The notes: generated by a model from the sequence alone, not told the origin. A DNA stretch of 64,000 bases from Myxococcales bacterium (GCA_047601445.1 JASGJH010000001.1:2432001-2496000); one strand, 5' to 3'. Counted from the first letter of the stretch, positions 43,403-52,583 are shown. Translations and numbers: made by a program.

Positions 43403-45027
43403 TCGTACATCCCCTGGATCTCGACCGCGTAGCGCTTTTCCACGGCAGCGCGCTTGAGCTTCTGATTGGCGGTCAACTGACCGTTCTCCACGCTGAAGGG
43501 CTCCGGCGCGATGAAGAAGCGGCGCAGGCGGCGGTAGTGGGGAAGCTCGGCATTGAGCTGATCGATGGCGGTCTGCACCGCGTCGGGCGCCGCGCTGCCG
43601 GTGACGATGGCCGACAGGTACGGCTTGGCGTGACCTACCACCATCACCTGGGCACCGGCCATGAAGTTGGCCAGCTTCTCTTCGAGCGGTCCGGGCGCCA
43701 CGTTGTGTCCGCTCTCGGGCACGAGCAGGTCCTTGAGGCGACCGACGATACGCAGGTAACCGTCACCCGTGACCTCCGCCATATCGCCCGAGTGAAACCA
43801 GCCATCGCGAATGCTGGTGGCCGTGGCGTCCGGACGTTTCCAGTACTCGGGAAAGATGTTCGGCCCGCGGCAGATCAGCTCTCCCTCGTCGGTGACCTGC
43901 ATCTCGACACCGTCGATGACCTTGCCCACGTAACCCGGGCGCGCCTGGTTCTTCTGGTCCATCGTGACGATGGCCGTGGTCTCGGTGAGCCCATAGACCT
44001 GGTACACCGGAATGCCCACCAGGCCGAACCAGCGCTGAGTCTCGTCGCTCAAGGGTGCCGAACCGCAGATCAAAAACTCTAGGTTTTTGCCGATTTGCTC
44101 GCGGATCTTGGGGAACACGATGCGCTTGGCGACTTCACGCGCGAACTTGTCCTTCAAGGTCGCGATGCCACGTGCGCTGCGTTCGTTGCCCTCCACGGCG
44201 TGGCGGTACAGCGAGTAAGCCAGGCCGCCGCGCTCCTTGAGCTTGTTGCTCACGCCGAGCCGAATACGCTCGAGCAGCGCGGGCACGTTCAAGAAGTAGT
44301 GGGGCTGCGCGGTGGCGAGTTCCTTCACCAGGTTGTTGAGGTCGGTGGAGAACATCAGCGGGTTACCCCGCGCGAGCTGCGACCAAAGCTGGATGCGGGA
44401 TCCCGCGAAGCACACGGGCAGGTAGTGGAAGACCCGGTCGGGCCCCTGACGCTCGCCCACCATGCTGCCGATGCCGTCGATGGTGCGCTTGAGCATGAAG
44501 TCGACGTTGTCGACCGTGTAGAGCACGCCCTTGGGCTCTCCACTGGTACCCGAGGTGTAGATCATGGTGACGCGGTCGTTGCCCGAACGCGCCAGCGGCT
44601 TGGTCTCGCCCTTGGCGTGCGAGAACACCTCGTCGAACAGCGCAATCGCGCCCTTCCCGGCCGGCCAAGCCGCGCTCAGGCTCTCCTTGAGCGCAGGCGT
44701 GTCCACCAGGACCAAGCGGGTCTCACAGTTGGTGAGCATGCCAGCCAGTTCGTTGGCTGCCTGACGATCGTACATGGGGACGACGATGCCGCCCGCGCCG
44801 AGGATGGCCAGGTCCGCAGCCGCCCAGCGCGCCGAGTTGTGCGCGATCAGGGCCACACGGTCTCCGGGGGCCACGCCACGGCTGCTCAAGAAGCCTCGGG
44901 CCGCGGCCACCAGGTCCTTGATCTGACGCCCGCTGAACTCGACTAGCTTCTCGCCGTGCACTTCGAGGATCAACGCTTCGTTGGCGCGAGCGTCCAGGCT
45001 CGCGTGCATTTGCTCGATGAACGTCAT
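43399..45027 (-). CDS. Long-chain acyl-CoA/acyl-ACP synthetase (AMP-binding)
   Basis: YTSGTSGEPKG, VYGLTE, HSGD, GRLKD, LTANQKLKR; 4-nt overlaps on both sides. Confidence 0.92.
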   Translation of the reverse strand: MTFIEQMHASLDARANEALILEVHGEKLVEFSGRQIKDLVAAARGFLSSRGVAPGDRVALIAHNSARWAAADLAILGAGGIVVPMYDRQAANELAGMLTNCETRLVLVDTPALKESLSAAWPAGKGAIALFDEVFSHAKGETKPLARSGNDRVTMIYTSGTSGEPKGVLYTVDNVDFMLKRTIDGIGSMVGERQGPDRVFHYLPVCFAGSRIQLWSQLARGNPLMFSTDLNNLVKELATAQPHYFLNVPALLERIRLGVSNKLKERGGLAYSLYRHAVEGNERSARGIATLKDKFAREVAKRIVFPKIREQIGKNLEFLICGSAPLSDETQRWFGLVGIPVYQVYGLTETTAIVTMDQKNQARPGYVGKVIDGVEMQVTDEGELICRGPNIFPEYWKRPDATATSIRDGWFHSGDMAEVTGDGYLRIVGRLKDLLVPESGHNVAPGPLEEKLANFMAGAQVMVVGHAKPYLSAIVTGSAAPDAVQTAIDQLNAELPHYRRLRRFFIAPEPFSVENGQLTANQKLKRAAVEKRYAVEIQGMYE

Positions 45028-46472
45028 GCCGTCTTCTCCAGAATCGCGCGCACGGCGGCGGGCAAGGAAGGCAGGTTGGCCTCCCAGGTGCGGGGCAGGT
45101 CGGGCCTGGGGAAGCTCGGGTAGACGCGCATCACTTCGTCGCCGAAGTCCACGCCCATCTGGCCCATCAACTTCAGCTGCTTGGGGATGGCTTGCGCGAT
45201 CTCGGCGCGGATGCGATCGCCCTCGCGGTCGAGCTTGCGCAGCATCTGCAGCGTGCGCTCCTCCAGGTTCGGGTCGTCGACCTCGAGGCACAAGTCGTCG
45301 TGGCCACGGTCGTGCATCAGGTTGCGGATGCGCTCGTCCATGGTGATGCCACCCGAGGAAACCAGGCCCGGCATCGACGTGACGACCGCGTGGAAACGCG
45401 ACGTCACCAACATCGAGCAGTTCCGCAGCACGCTGACCAGGTCGTACATGTTGTATTCGTCGCTGACGAACAGGGGCGCGTCCTGGTCGAGCCGCGACTC
45501 CACCTCTTCGCAAGCGATGCGGTCGAGCTGCTCCATGCCGATCAGCACGGGAAACACCCGCTTTTCCTTGCGGAACGCGTTGACGGCGTTGGCGATCGCG
45601 CCGCAGTAAGTGTCGAACTTGGCCTCCACCTCGGACGCGGCGTTGTGGAAGTACACGCTCTTGTAGTGCTCGCGCTTGAACTGGCCGTACACGTGCATGG
45701 CGGCGGTCTTCAGCACATCGGGCTTTACCGGCCACCAGAACGGATTGATCGGCCCCACCGCCAGCACGGGCGTCTCGCCGTCCCAGCCCTGCTCGCGCAG
45801 CAGCTGAGCCCCGCGCGACAGCGGTGCAGGCTCGAAGGTCCAGGCCGTGTCCGCGCCACCCACGTTACGGATGCCCATGTCGTCGAGCACCTTGCGCGAG
45901 GGCACGTTGCGGCAGAGTACGAAGCTGTTCTTGCAGTTCTTCTCCACGAAGCGCTTCATGTGCGGCGTCATGGCGCCTGCCTCGGCGCCGTAGCCCACGC
46001 TGATCTTGTTCTCGGCGGCCGCCATGCCGATGGCTCCCGCCATGAACGTGGTCAGCGCGTCGGCGAACTTGCTCTTGAACATCGAGCCTTCGCACGCGAT
46101 GGCGCCGTGGTGCTTGGGCACCTCGTCGAAGAGGAACTTGGGGAACACCGTGGGCAGCTCCACCTGGCGCACCGTGCGGAAGTAGCCCGCCGTCAACTCG
46201 GGATCGACCGTGGTGAGCGTGAGCTCCAGGTTGTCGTCACCCAGCACGTGGCGGACCTGGCGGATCATCTCCTCCACGCGCACGTCGCCGCCCGTGTTGC
46301 GCGCGCCCGAATAGCCCGCGAACAGCAGCTTGAGCGGCTGGCCTGCCTTGTAGACGCTCGGCGAGCGGTCGAGCGCGTGACGCGTCCCGACGGCTTCGAT
46401 CAAGGCGTCGACAGTCATCATCAGCGCTCGATCGGGATCGAACGCCTTGTTGAACTTATCGAGAAACCCCAT
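45024..46472 (-). CDS. Polysaccharide pyruvyltransferase-family (CsaB/WcaK-like) protein
   Basis: GYSGARNTGGD (cf. GYYG..N.GD), R...S, DTA, SRFHAVV (cf. RLH). Confidence 0.72.
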   Translation of the reverse strand: MGFLDKFNKAFDPDRALMMTVDALIEAVGTRHALDRSPSVYKAGQPLKLLFAGYSGARNTGGDVRVEEMIRQVRHVLGDDNLELTLTTVDPELTAGYFRTVRQVELPTVFPKFLFDEVPKHHGAIACEGSMFKSKFADALTTFMAGAIGMAAAENKISVGYGAEAGAMTPHMKRFVEKNCKNSFVLCRNVPSRKVLDDMGIRNVGGADTAWTFEPAPLSRGAQLLREQGWDGETPVLAVGPINPFWWPVKPDVLKTAAMHVYGQFKREHYKSVYFHNAASEVEAKFDTYCGAIANAVNAFRKEKRVFPVLIGMEQLDRIACEEVESRLDQDAPLFVSDEYNMYDLVSVLRNCSMLVTSRFHAVVTSMPGLVSSGGITMDERIRNLMHDRGHDDLCLEVDDPNLEERTLQMLRKLDREGDRIRAEIAQAIPKQLKLMGQMGVDFGDEVMRVYPSFPRPDLPRTWEANLPSLPAAVRAILEKTA

Positions 46473-46477
46473 GGGAA

Positions 46478-47677
46478 TCAGGCTCCGGCGTCGAAGCTGG
46501 AAACCCCACCCACGCCGTTGCCATTGCCCTTGCCGGAGCGCTTGGCTGCGCTCGCGACATCCTCGGGCCACGGCTTGTACGGGTACTTGAAGTTGCCTTC
46601 GGTGGCGAACTTGAACAGGTGGAAGCAGTAGTCCGTGAACGGCGTCGGAGCGTGTCCGAGCACCTTCTGGATGCGCGTGTTGTCGAACACCGTGTCGTAG
46701 GTGAGGTACGGCAGGAACACCTTCATCAGCGACGCGCCGCCGGCCACGCCCCACTTCTTGGGGCTGTCCATCAGGCGGTCCACCGCCTTCTCGAAGGTCG
46801 GCACCAAACCGGGCGCAAACAGGTGATGCGTCCCGTGACCCGACTTGCGCATGGCGTCGGTGATCTGGCGGTAGGTCGGCGACGCCAACCCGGTGCTCAG
46901 GTTGTACGCGTCGTGTTCGGGCTTGTCCTGCATGTGCACGGCCACGATGCCGGCCCCCACGTAGTTGGCGGGCACGATGTCCATGCGCCAGGAGGCGTCG
47001 AGCGGCAGCACGGGCAGCTTCGCCAGGAACACGAAGGCGCGCACCATGTCGAACTGGGTGGTGCCAGGGTGCCGACTATCACCGAGCACGGTGCTGGGCC
47101 GGAACACCGTGACGGGAACCTCTGGCAGGAGCTCGTGCACCATGTGCTCGCAGAACTTCTTCGTGCGCGAGTAGGGATCGTAGTCGCTCTTGTCCCAGTT
47201 GATGGCCTCGGCCTCGTGGACGTTCTGGCTCTGCACTTCGCCGCTGACGGCCACCGTGGACACGTCGCTGAAGCGACGCAATCCGTGGTGGTCCTGGGCG
47301 GCGCGCGCGAGCTTCACCACCTCGAGCGTGCCGCGCAGGTTGACGTTGAAGCAGGCCTTGTTCGACTTGCGATTCAGCGAGGCAGCGCAGTGAATGATGC
47401 TGCTCGTGTCGTGAACGAGCTTCTGATAGGTCGCCGCGTCGAGCCCGAAGTTCCTGTCGGTGAGATCGCCCAGGTAGATGTCGATCTTGGTCTGCAAGTG
47501 CTCGTAGAAGGTGGCGAAGTCCATGTGCATCTGCAGCGACTGCCACAGGCGCTTGGCGCCATCCTGCTTGTTCTTGGCGCGCACCAGCAGCGCGAGCTTC
47601 TGACCGTGTTGATTGAGTAGCCCGTGAGCCACGTAGGAGCCGAGGTAACCCGTGGCCCCCGTGAGAAAGATCGTCAT
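46478..47677 (-). CDS. Extended SDR / thioester-reductase-like oxidoreductase
   Basis: FLTGATGYLG, IIHCAA, VNLRGT, VSTVAV, YSRTK, FRPS. Confidence 0.88.
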   Translation of the reverse strand: MTIFLTGATGYLGSYVAHGLLNQHGQKLALLVRAKNKQDGAKRLWQSLQMHMDFATFYEHLQTKIDIYLGDLTDRNFGLDAATYQKLVHDTSSIIHCAASLNRKSNKACFNVNLRGTLEVVKLARAAQDHHGLRRFSDVSTVAVSGEVQSQNVHEAEAINWDKSDYDPYSRTKKFCEHMVHELLPEVPVTVFRPSTVLGDSRHPGTTQFDMVRAFVFLAKLPVLPLDASWRMDIVPANYVGAGIVAVHMQDKPEHDAYNLSTGLASPTYRQITDAMRKSGHGTHHLFAPGLVPTFEKAVDRLMDSPKKWGVAGGASLMKVFLPYLTYDTVFDNTRIQKVLGHAPTPFTDYCFHLFKFATEGNFKYPYKPWPEDVASAAKRSGKGNGNGVGGVSSFDAGA

Positions 47678-49401
47678 TCCGCAACCTCTGTAACTTCGGC
47701 AGCCGGCGCGTGACGCCGACCGGAATCGCTGCGCAAGGCCGTGGGTTCGACGCTGACTTCGGGCAGCACCACCGGCACCTTGGGCACGTAGTTCTCGACC
47801 TTGGTGTTCTCGATCAAGGGGAACGACCAGCGTCGCAGCCCCGGGACGTGCTGATTAATCCAATAGCGCCGCCAGTCCAGTCGCTTCGGCTCGTAATGGA
47901 AGAAAGGCTCCTTCACCTCGATGCCGACCAGCTCCTCGCAACAGAAGGTCTGGCGGTTGTCCGAGACGAACGGCTTGTAGGTATCGAACACGCGCTCGGC
48001 CAGACGCAGGCGACGATCGAGGCGATCGGTCTTGCTGCGCAGCTTCTTGAGCTCCTTCTTGGCGAACTCGGGCCAGCTCTCGGGCGTGTCCTTGGCGAAG
48101 TCGGAGACCGCCTGCACCAACTTGCGCAGGTTCTCGACGCGCATGAAGTGGTCGTCTCCCACCACCTTGGCGTCCCAGCGCGAGAGCAGCACGCGTTCCA
48201 CCGCGTCTTCGCCGTGCTCGCGGTAGTGCCTGCGGTGGGCCAAGGACGTCAGCTCCAGACCACGCCCCACCGTGAGCGGATGGCGATCACTGGTGGCGCA
48301 CTGATACACGGGCTTGGCCTTGCCCTCGGCGAGCGCAGCCGAGGCGGCGATCAGGGCGGCGCAGCAGTGGTCCACGGGGACCACGTCGAGCGGCTTGTCC
48401 TTGTTGGCGGACATGTGCCTGAACCAGGTACCCATGAAGTAGACCAGGGGACCCGAGGTGTTGAGGCCCTCGTTCCAGCCCGGCAGCGGAAACGCCTCGG
48501 CGCTCTCGATGATGGCGGGCCTGAAGAAGCTCTTCTCGAGCTTGGGGAAGCGCTCCAGCAGCATGGACTCGGCCATGCTCTTGGTGAACGTGTACACGTT
48601 GGGCCAGCCCCAGTGCCGTGCCCGCTCCTTGCCGGTGTCCACCAGGCGCTCGCTGAGCAAGGCCTTGGACTCGCGGCGCAAGATGCGCTCGATGAGCTGG
48701 TGATTGTTCGGATCGTGGCCCTTCTCGACCACGCTCTTCACGAGATCCACGCGCAGCTTGGCCAGGGCGCTCTCGCTCTCCGTGTCCTCGTGCACCTTGG
48801 CGACGAGCTGCTTCAGGTAGCGATACTCGGCCTCCACGTCGAAGCCGGGGCGGACCGGCGCGTAGTTCGGGGTGGCCACCTCCATGATGCGGCCGTCCCG
48901 GTTGCCCGCCACGAAGCAGGTCGACACCTGCAGGAAGCTCGCGTTGCGCGCGGCTGCCGCGAACTCGGCCGCGTGGATGGTTCCCTCCACGTTGTTCTGC
49001 AACGCATCGCTGAGCTCGGGATCGAAGTCCACCTGCCCTGCACAGTGGATCACCATGTCGAGCTCGCGCTGAATGCGCGTGGCGATCTTGGGATCCACGC
49101 CGAGGCCCGGACGACTCACGTCACCGCTGATCACCTCGATGCGCTCGGCGAGAAACTGGGAGAGTCCATCGCCGTGGCGATCGTGGAGCACCTTGAAGGC
49201 GTAGGTGTCGTTGATCATGCGCTGGAAGCGCTCGCGGGCCCCCTGCTTGCCCTTGCCGCGCAGCAGCACGTAGATGCGACCGACCTGCGGAACCTTGTCC
49301 AGCATCATGGAGAGCCAGACCTTGCCCAAAAAGCCACTCGCTCCGGTGAAGAGGATGTGACGACCCGCAAGTGCTTTCTCGACCGACAACGACATGCTCA
49401 T
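47674..49401 (-). CDS. Fatty acyl-CoA/ACP reductase (male-sterility/FAR family)
   Basis: TGASGFLGKV, HCAGQVDF, VSTCFVAG, GWPNVYTFTKSMAE, RPAIIESA..PLPGW, C-terminal DW..Y....H.PGL; GAGG RBS. Confidence 0.9.
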   Translation of the reverse strand: MSMSLSVEKALAGRHILFTGASGFLGKVWLSMMLDKVPQVGRIYVLLRGKGKQGARERFQRMINDTYAFKVLHDRHGDGLSQFLAERIEVISGDVSRPGLGVDPKIATRIQRELDMVIHCAGQVDFDPELSDALQNNVEGTIHAAEFAAAARNASFLQVSTCFVAGNRDGRIMEVATPNYAPVRPGFDVEAEYRYLKQLVAKVHEDTESESALAKLRVDLVKSVVEKGHDPNNHQLIERILRRESKALLSERLVDTGKERARHWGWPNVYTFTKSMAESMLLERFPKLEKSFFRPAIIESAEAFPLPGWNEGLNTSGPLVYFMGTWFRHMSANKDKPLDVVPVDHCCAALIAASAALAEGKAKPVYQCATSDRHPLTVGRGLELTSLAHRRHYREHGEDAVERVLLSRWDAKVVGDDHFMRVENLRKLVQAVSDFAKDTPESWPEFAKKELKKLRSKTDRLDRRLRLAERVFDTYKPFVSDNRQTFCCEELVGIEVKEPFFHYEPKRLDWRRYWINQHVPGLRRWSFPLIENTKVENYVPKVPVVLPEVSVEPTALRSDSGRRHAPAAEVTEVAE

Positions 49402-49459
49402 TGTTCCTCGACTCAAATTCCGTTTCGCGCTCACCACGTGCCGCTCTGCCGGCTGGGTG

Positions 49460-50128
49460 TCAGCGGTATTCGAGAACCGGCCAATCGGCGTCGCGCGCGG
49501 CGGCGCGCAACGCGAAATCAGGATTCACGGCGCAGGGTTTGCCCACGCTCGAAAGCAAGAGGATGTCCGCTCCGTGTGCCGCATAGGCGGGAGACTGCGC
49601 CAGATCCAGGCCGCGCTCGCTCGCGTAGTGCTTGACCCACTTGGAGCTGTCGTGTCCGCCGATGACGGGCTCGAGCAGCTTGCCGGTGGCCTCACCGCGC
49701 ACGAACTCGAGACGGTTGCAGACGTAGTCATCGGCGCCGATCTCGGAGACGAGCTTGCTCACGACCTGCTCGATGCCCTCACTGAGTAGCACCACGCGAT
49801 GGCCGTCCTTGCGCGCCTTCTTAACGAGTTCCTTGCCCTTCTCGTAGATGCGCTCACGCAGGATGTCTTTGAAGTACTCCTCCGCGAGCTCTGCGATGCG
49901 GTCCTCCGACATGTGGCGAAGGGTCACATAAGCGGCGCGTGTGGCAAGCGTGCGATCGTTCTGAGACAGCCAGCCATAGACGGGAGCTCCCAGGGCCAGG
50001 GCGCCCACGCGGAAGGCGCGCTCGGCGAACCCCTGTGCATTGCTTGCGAAGTAGGCAGACGCCGCGAGCGCACCGCGGTCGATGAGGATGCCTTCTACTC
50101 TGAAAAACGCTGTGGTCTGTGGTGCCAA
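49460..50128 (-). CDS. HAD-IB (SerB-like) fold protein lacking the catalytic aspartates
   Basis: AFFRVEGIL (cf. AFFDxDGTL), VVLLS, N.LE....ATG, K, AY...AD..LL..VG.P.AVNPD..L; TTG start. Confidence 0.8.
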   Translation of the reverse strand: MAPQTTAFFRVEGILIDRGALAASAYFASNAQGFAERAFRVGALALGAPVYGWLSQNDRTLATRAAYVTLRHMSEDRIAELAEEYFKDILRERIYEKGKELVKKARKDGHRVVLLSEGIEQVVSKLVSEIGADDYVCNRLEFVRGEATGKLLEPVIGGHDSSKWVKHYASERGLDLAQSPAYAAHGADILLLSSVGKPCAVNPDFALRAAARDADWPVLEYR

Positions 50129-50547
50129 GTCTGGGGGTCTCCGTTACGCCGGGTCGAAACCTAGCGGGCGAAGCGCCCGATGGAAAACGAAAAACTAGAC
50201 TGACGTGTCAGTTCAGCCCCCTTCCGCCCATGCCGTGCTGCGCGTCGCGCCCAATGTGCGCCAAGGTCGTACGCCTTACTCTCCGAAAAAAGGGCTGTCA
50301 GTCGTTCCGAGACGGCGGCGAATCGTCGAGTTCGCACGGTGAACGGCACGGAAACGCGCTGGGGAGGCCGGCACGGCGCGTCATTTACAGTTTTCTTTAC
50401 TGGAATGACCTTGTTGTTGATCAGAAAAGCACTGCTAGAAATTCCGTCAATCCCGCAGAAATCACTCACTTCTACCGCTTGGAACAAAACAAAAACGGAG
50501 TCAACTTTACCTTGCGTGTGTCTGACGCGATCTGCTAAACGGCAATG

Positions 50548-50581
50548 AGGAAGGGTTGATGTTGATTTGTAAACCCTTCCT
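50548..50581 (+). promoter_or_regulatory. 10-bp perfect inverted repeat just upstream of the thiolase RBS
   Basis: AGGAAGGGTT-14 nt-AACCCTTCCT, followed by TTCTTT and GGAGG. Confidence 0.55.
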
Positions 50582-50598
50582 TTCTTTGGAGGTGCGGT

Positions 50599-51771
50599 GT
50601 GCGTGACGTGTTCATCGCTGGTTGCGGCGAAACTCCTGTGATGAAGCAGAGCACTGACGACCTACGTCAGCTCGGTGCCACCGCTGTACGCGCTGCCATT
50701 CAAAACAGTGGGATTGAAGCCCCCACCGCCCTCTACGTAGGCAACATGCTTAGCGGCATGCTCTCGGGTCAGCAGCAGCTGGGCGCCCTCATCGCGCACT
50801 CGGCCGGCCTGCACGGGATCGAGGCTGCTACCGTCGAAGCCTCCTGCGGCTCCGGTGGCGCCGCCGCCCGCTGGGGTGTGATGGCCATCCAGAGCGGTGC
50901 CCATGACGTGGTCGTGGTGTGCGGCGTCGAGCGCATGACCCACGCCCCCAAGGATGCGGTGACCCGCTCCTTGGCTGCCGCCTCCGACTGGGAGCAGGAA
51001 GGTGGCCGCGGTGAGACCTTCGTCTCGCTCAACGCCCGCCTGATGCAGGCCTACATGCAGGAGCACCGCGTGGACAACGCGGCCTTCGCCCCCTTCGCGC
51101 TCAACGCCCATCGCAACGCTGCACGCAACCCCCACGCCCTGTTCAAGGGCAAGCAGGTAAGCGAGCAGGCGTACCACGAGTCGCGTCAGGTCGAAGGACC
51201 GCTCAAGCTGTTCGACATCTCACCGATCTGCGACGGCTCGGCCGCCATCGTGCTCGTCTCGGGCGACGTCGCCCAGCGGATGCGCCGCAGCGGTCAGCCC
51301 CTGGTGCGCGTGCGTGCTTCCACGATCGCCACCGACTCCTTGGCCCTCGACGATCGCGAGCGCCTGCTGCGCCTGGCGGCCGTGGAGCGCGGCGCCAAGC
51401 GCGCCTACGAGCAGGCCAAGATCAAGGCCCAGGACATCGACCTCTTCGAGTGTCACGACGCCTACACCGTGATGTCCGTGCTCTCGCTCGAGGCCGCTGG
51501 CTTCGCCGAAGAGGGCAAGGGCTACACGATGGGTCTCGAGGGAGACATCTTCACCGAGGGCAAGCTGCCGATCACCACCATGGGCGGGCTCAAGGGCCGC
51601 GGTCATCCGGTCGGCGCCACCGGCGTGTACCAGCTGTGCGAAGCCTATTCGCAGCTTACGGGCACGGCAGGCGAGAACCAGGTCAAGGGCAACCCCGAGA
51701 TCGCGATGACCCAGAACTTCGGCGGCACCGGCGCCACCGTGGTCACCCACATCCTCGAGCGCGCGGCCTGA
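50599..51771 (+). CDS. Thiolase-family protein (SCP2/lipid-transfer-type)
   Basis: EASCGSG (Cys), SPICDGSAA, ECHDAY, GHPVGATG, QNFGG; GTG start with GGAGG. Confidence 0.9.
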   Translation: MRDVFIAGCGETPVMKQSTDDLRQLGATAVRAAIQNSGIEAPTALYVGNMLSGMLSGQQQLGALIAHSAGLHGIEAATVEASCGSGGAAARWGVMAIQSGAHDVVVVCGVERMTHAPKDAVTRSLAAASDWEQEGGRGETFVSLNARLMQAYMQEHRVDNAAFAPFALNAHRNAARNPHALFKGKQVSEQAYHESRQVEGPLKLFDISPICDGSAAIVLVSGDVAQRMRRSGQPLVRVRASTIATDSLALDDRERLLRLAAVERGAKRAYEQAKIKAQDIDLFECHDAYTVMSVLSLEAAGFAEEGKGYTMGLEGDIFTEGKLPITTMGGLKGRGHPVGATGVYQLCEAYSQLTGTAGENQVKGNPEIAMTQNFGGTGATVVTHILERAA

Positions 51772-51793
51772 GCGAGAGCGTGCGTCGCCGCTG

Positions 51794-51821
51794 AGGCCCG
51801 GGTCGAAGGACTCGGGCCTTT
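51794..51821 (+). terminator. Probable intrinsic terminator
   Basis: AGGCCCGGGTC-GAAG-GACTCGGGCCT followed by a short T tract. Confidence 0.6.
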
Positions 51822-51893
51822 GTCGTTTAAGGCGTCGATTCTCGCTCGCGCGCTCCAGGGCGCGCGTCGACGCGTGCCACACTCGGCCCCGAG

Positions 51894-52583
51894 ATGAGTG
51901 CGTACGATCCGGTGGCGGTACTCTACGACCGCGCCTTCGAGGACATCCGGGTGCGGCGGGCCGAGTGGCGCTGGGTTCAGCGGCGGCTTCAGGCCTTCCA
52001 GGCTCCCCCACGGGCCCTGGAGATCGGCTGCGGCACCGGTGCCTTGCTGCGGGCACTGACGCCCAGTCTCTCCTGCGGGGTGGGATTGGATGTGTCCGGG
52101 CCGATGCTGGAGCAAGCCCGGCAGCGGGCGCGCCATCTGCCCACGCTTTCGTTCGTACAGATCGAGGGGCCCGCGCTGCCGGTGCCGGACGCCTCGCACG
52201 ATCTCGTGATCTCGTTCCTGTCCTTCCGGTACCTGGACTGGCCCGCGATCTGGCCCGAGATCCGGCGGGTACTCGCTCCAGGTGGGCGCTTCTGGATGGT
52301 GGACATGGTGGCGAGCAAGCCAGCCCCCGGCGATCTGCCTCTCTTGGCCCGGGCGGGGGTTCGCAAAGTGCTCGCCCCACTGCGCACCCCGCGTCTGGCC
52401 CGCGATCTCAAGGCCCTCACCAGGCACCCGGAATGGCAGACGATGCTGGCGCAGCACCCCGCCCGGCCGCTCTCCGAGTACCAGGCGTTCTTCAGTCGTA
52501 CCCTACCCGGGCGATCGCTGCGTACCCTGGACGTGAGCCCGAGCCGGCGCGTCATCGCGATCGACAGCGGTGCACTTCGATGA
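51894..52583 (+). CDS. Class I SAM-dependent methyltransferase
   Basis: LEIGCGTG, GLDVS..ML, LP.PDAS.DLV, RVLAPGG. Confidence 0.88.
   Translation: MSAYDPVAVLYDRAFEDIRVRRAEWRWVQRRLQAFQAPPRALEIGCGTGALLRALTPSLSCGVGLDVSGPMLEQARQRARHLPTLSFVQIEGPALPVPDASHDLVISFLSFRYLDWPAIWPEIRRVLAPGGRFWMVDMVASKPAPGDLPLLARAGVRKVLAPLRTPRLARDLKALTRHPEWQTMLAQHPARPLSEYQAFFSRTLPGRSLRTLDVSPSRRVIAIDSGALR

Noticed and set aside
45028..45735. Apparent N-terminal extension of the acyl-AMP ligase (778-aa ORF)
   Set aside because: It is off-frame read-through over the pyruvyltransferase gene; ATG 45027 overlaps that gene's stop.
38816..50128. PKS/NRPS secondary-metabolite cluster
   Set aside because: No ketosynthase, condensation or thioesterase domain; the kinase and PlsC acyltransferase point to a membrane lipid product.
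50119..50548. Short ORFs in the AT-rich gap between the lipid operon and the thiolase
   Set aside because: Composition is unlike coding DNA in this window; better explained as a divergent promoter region.
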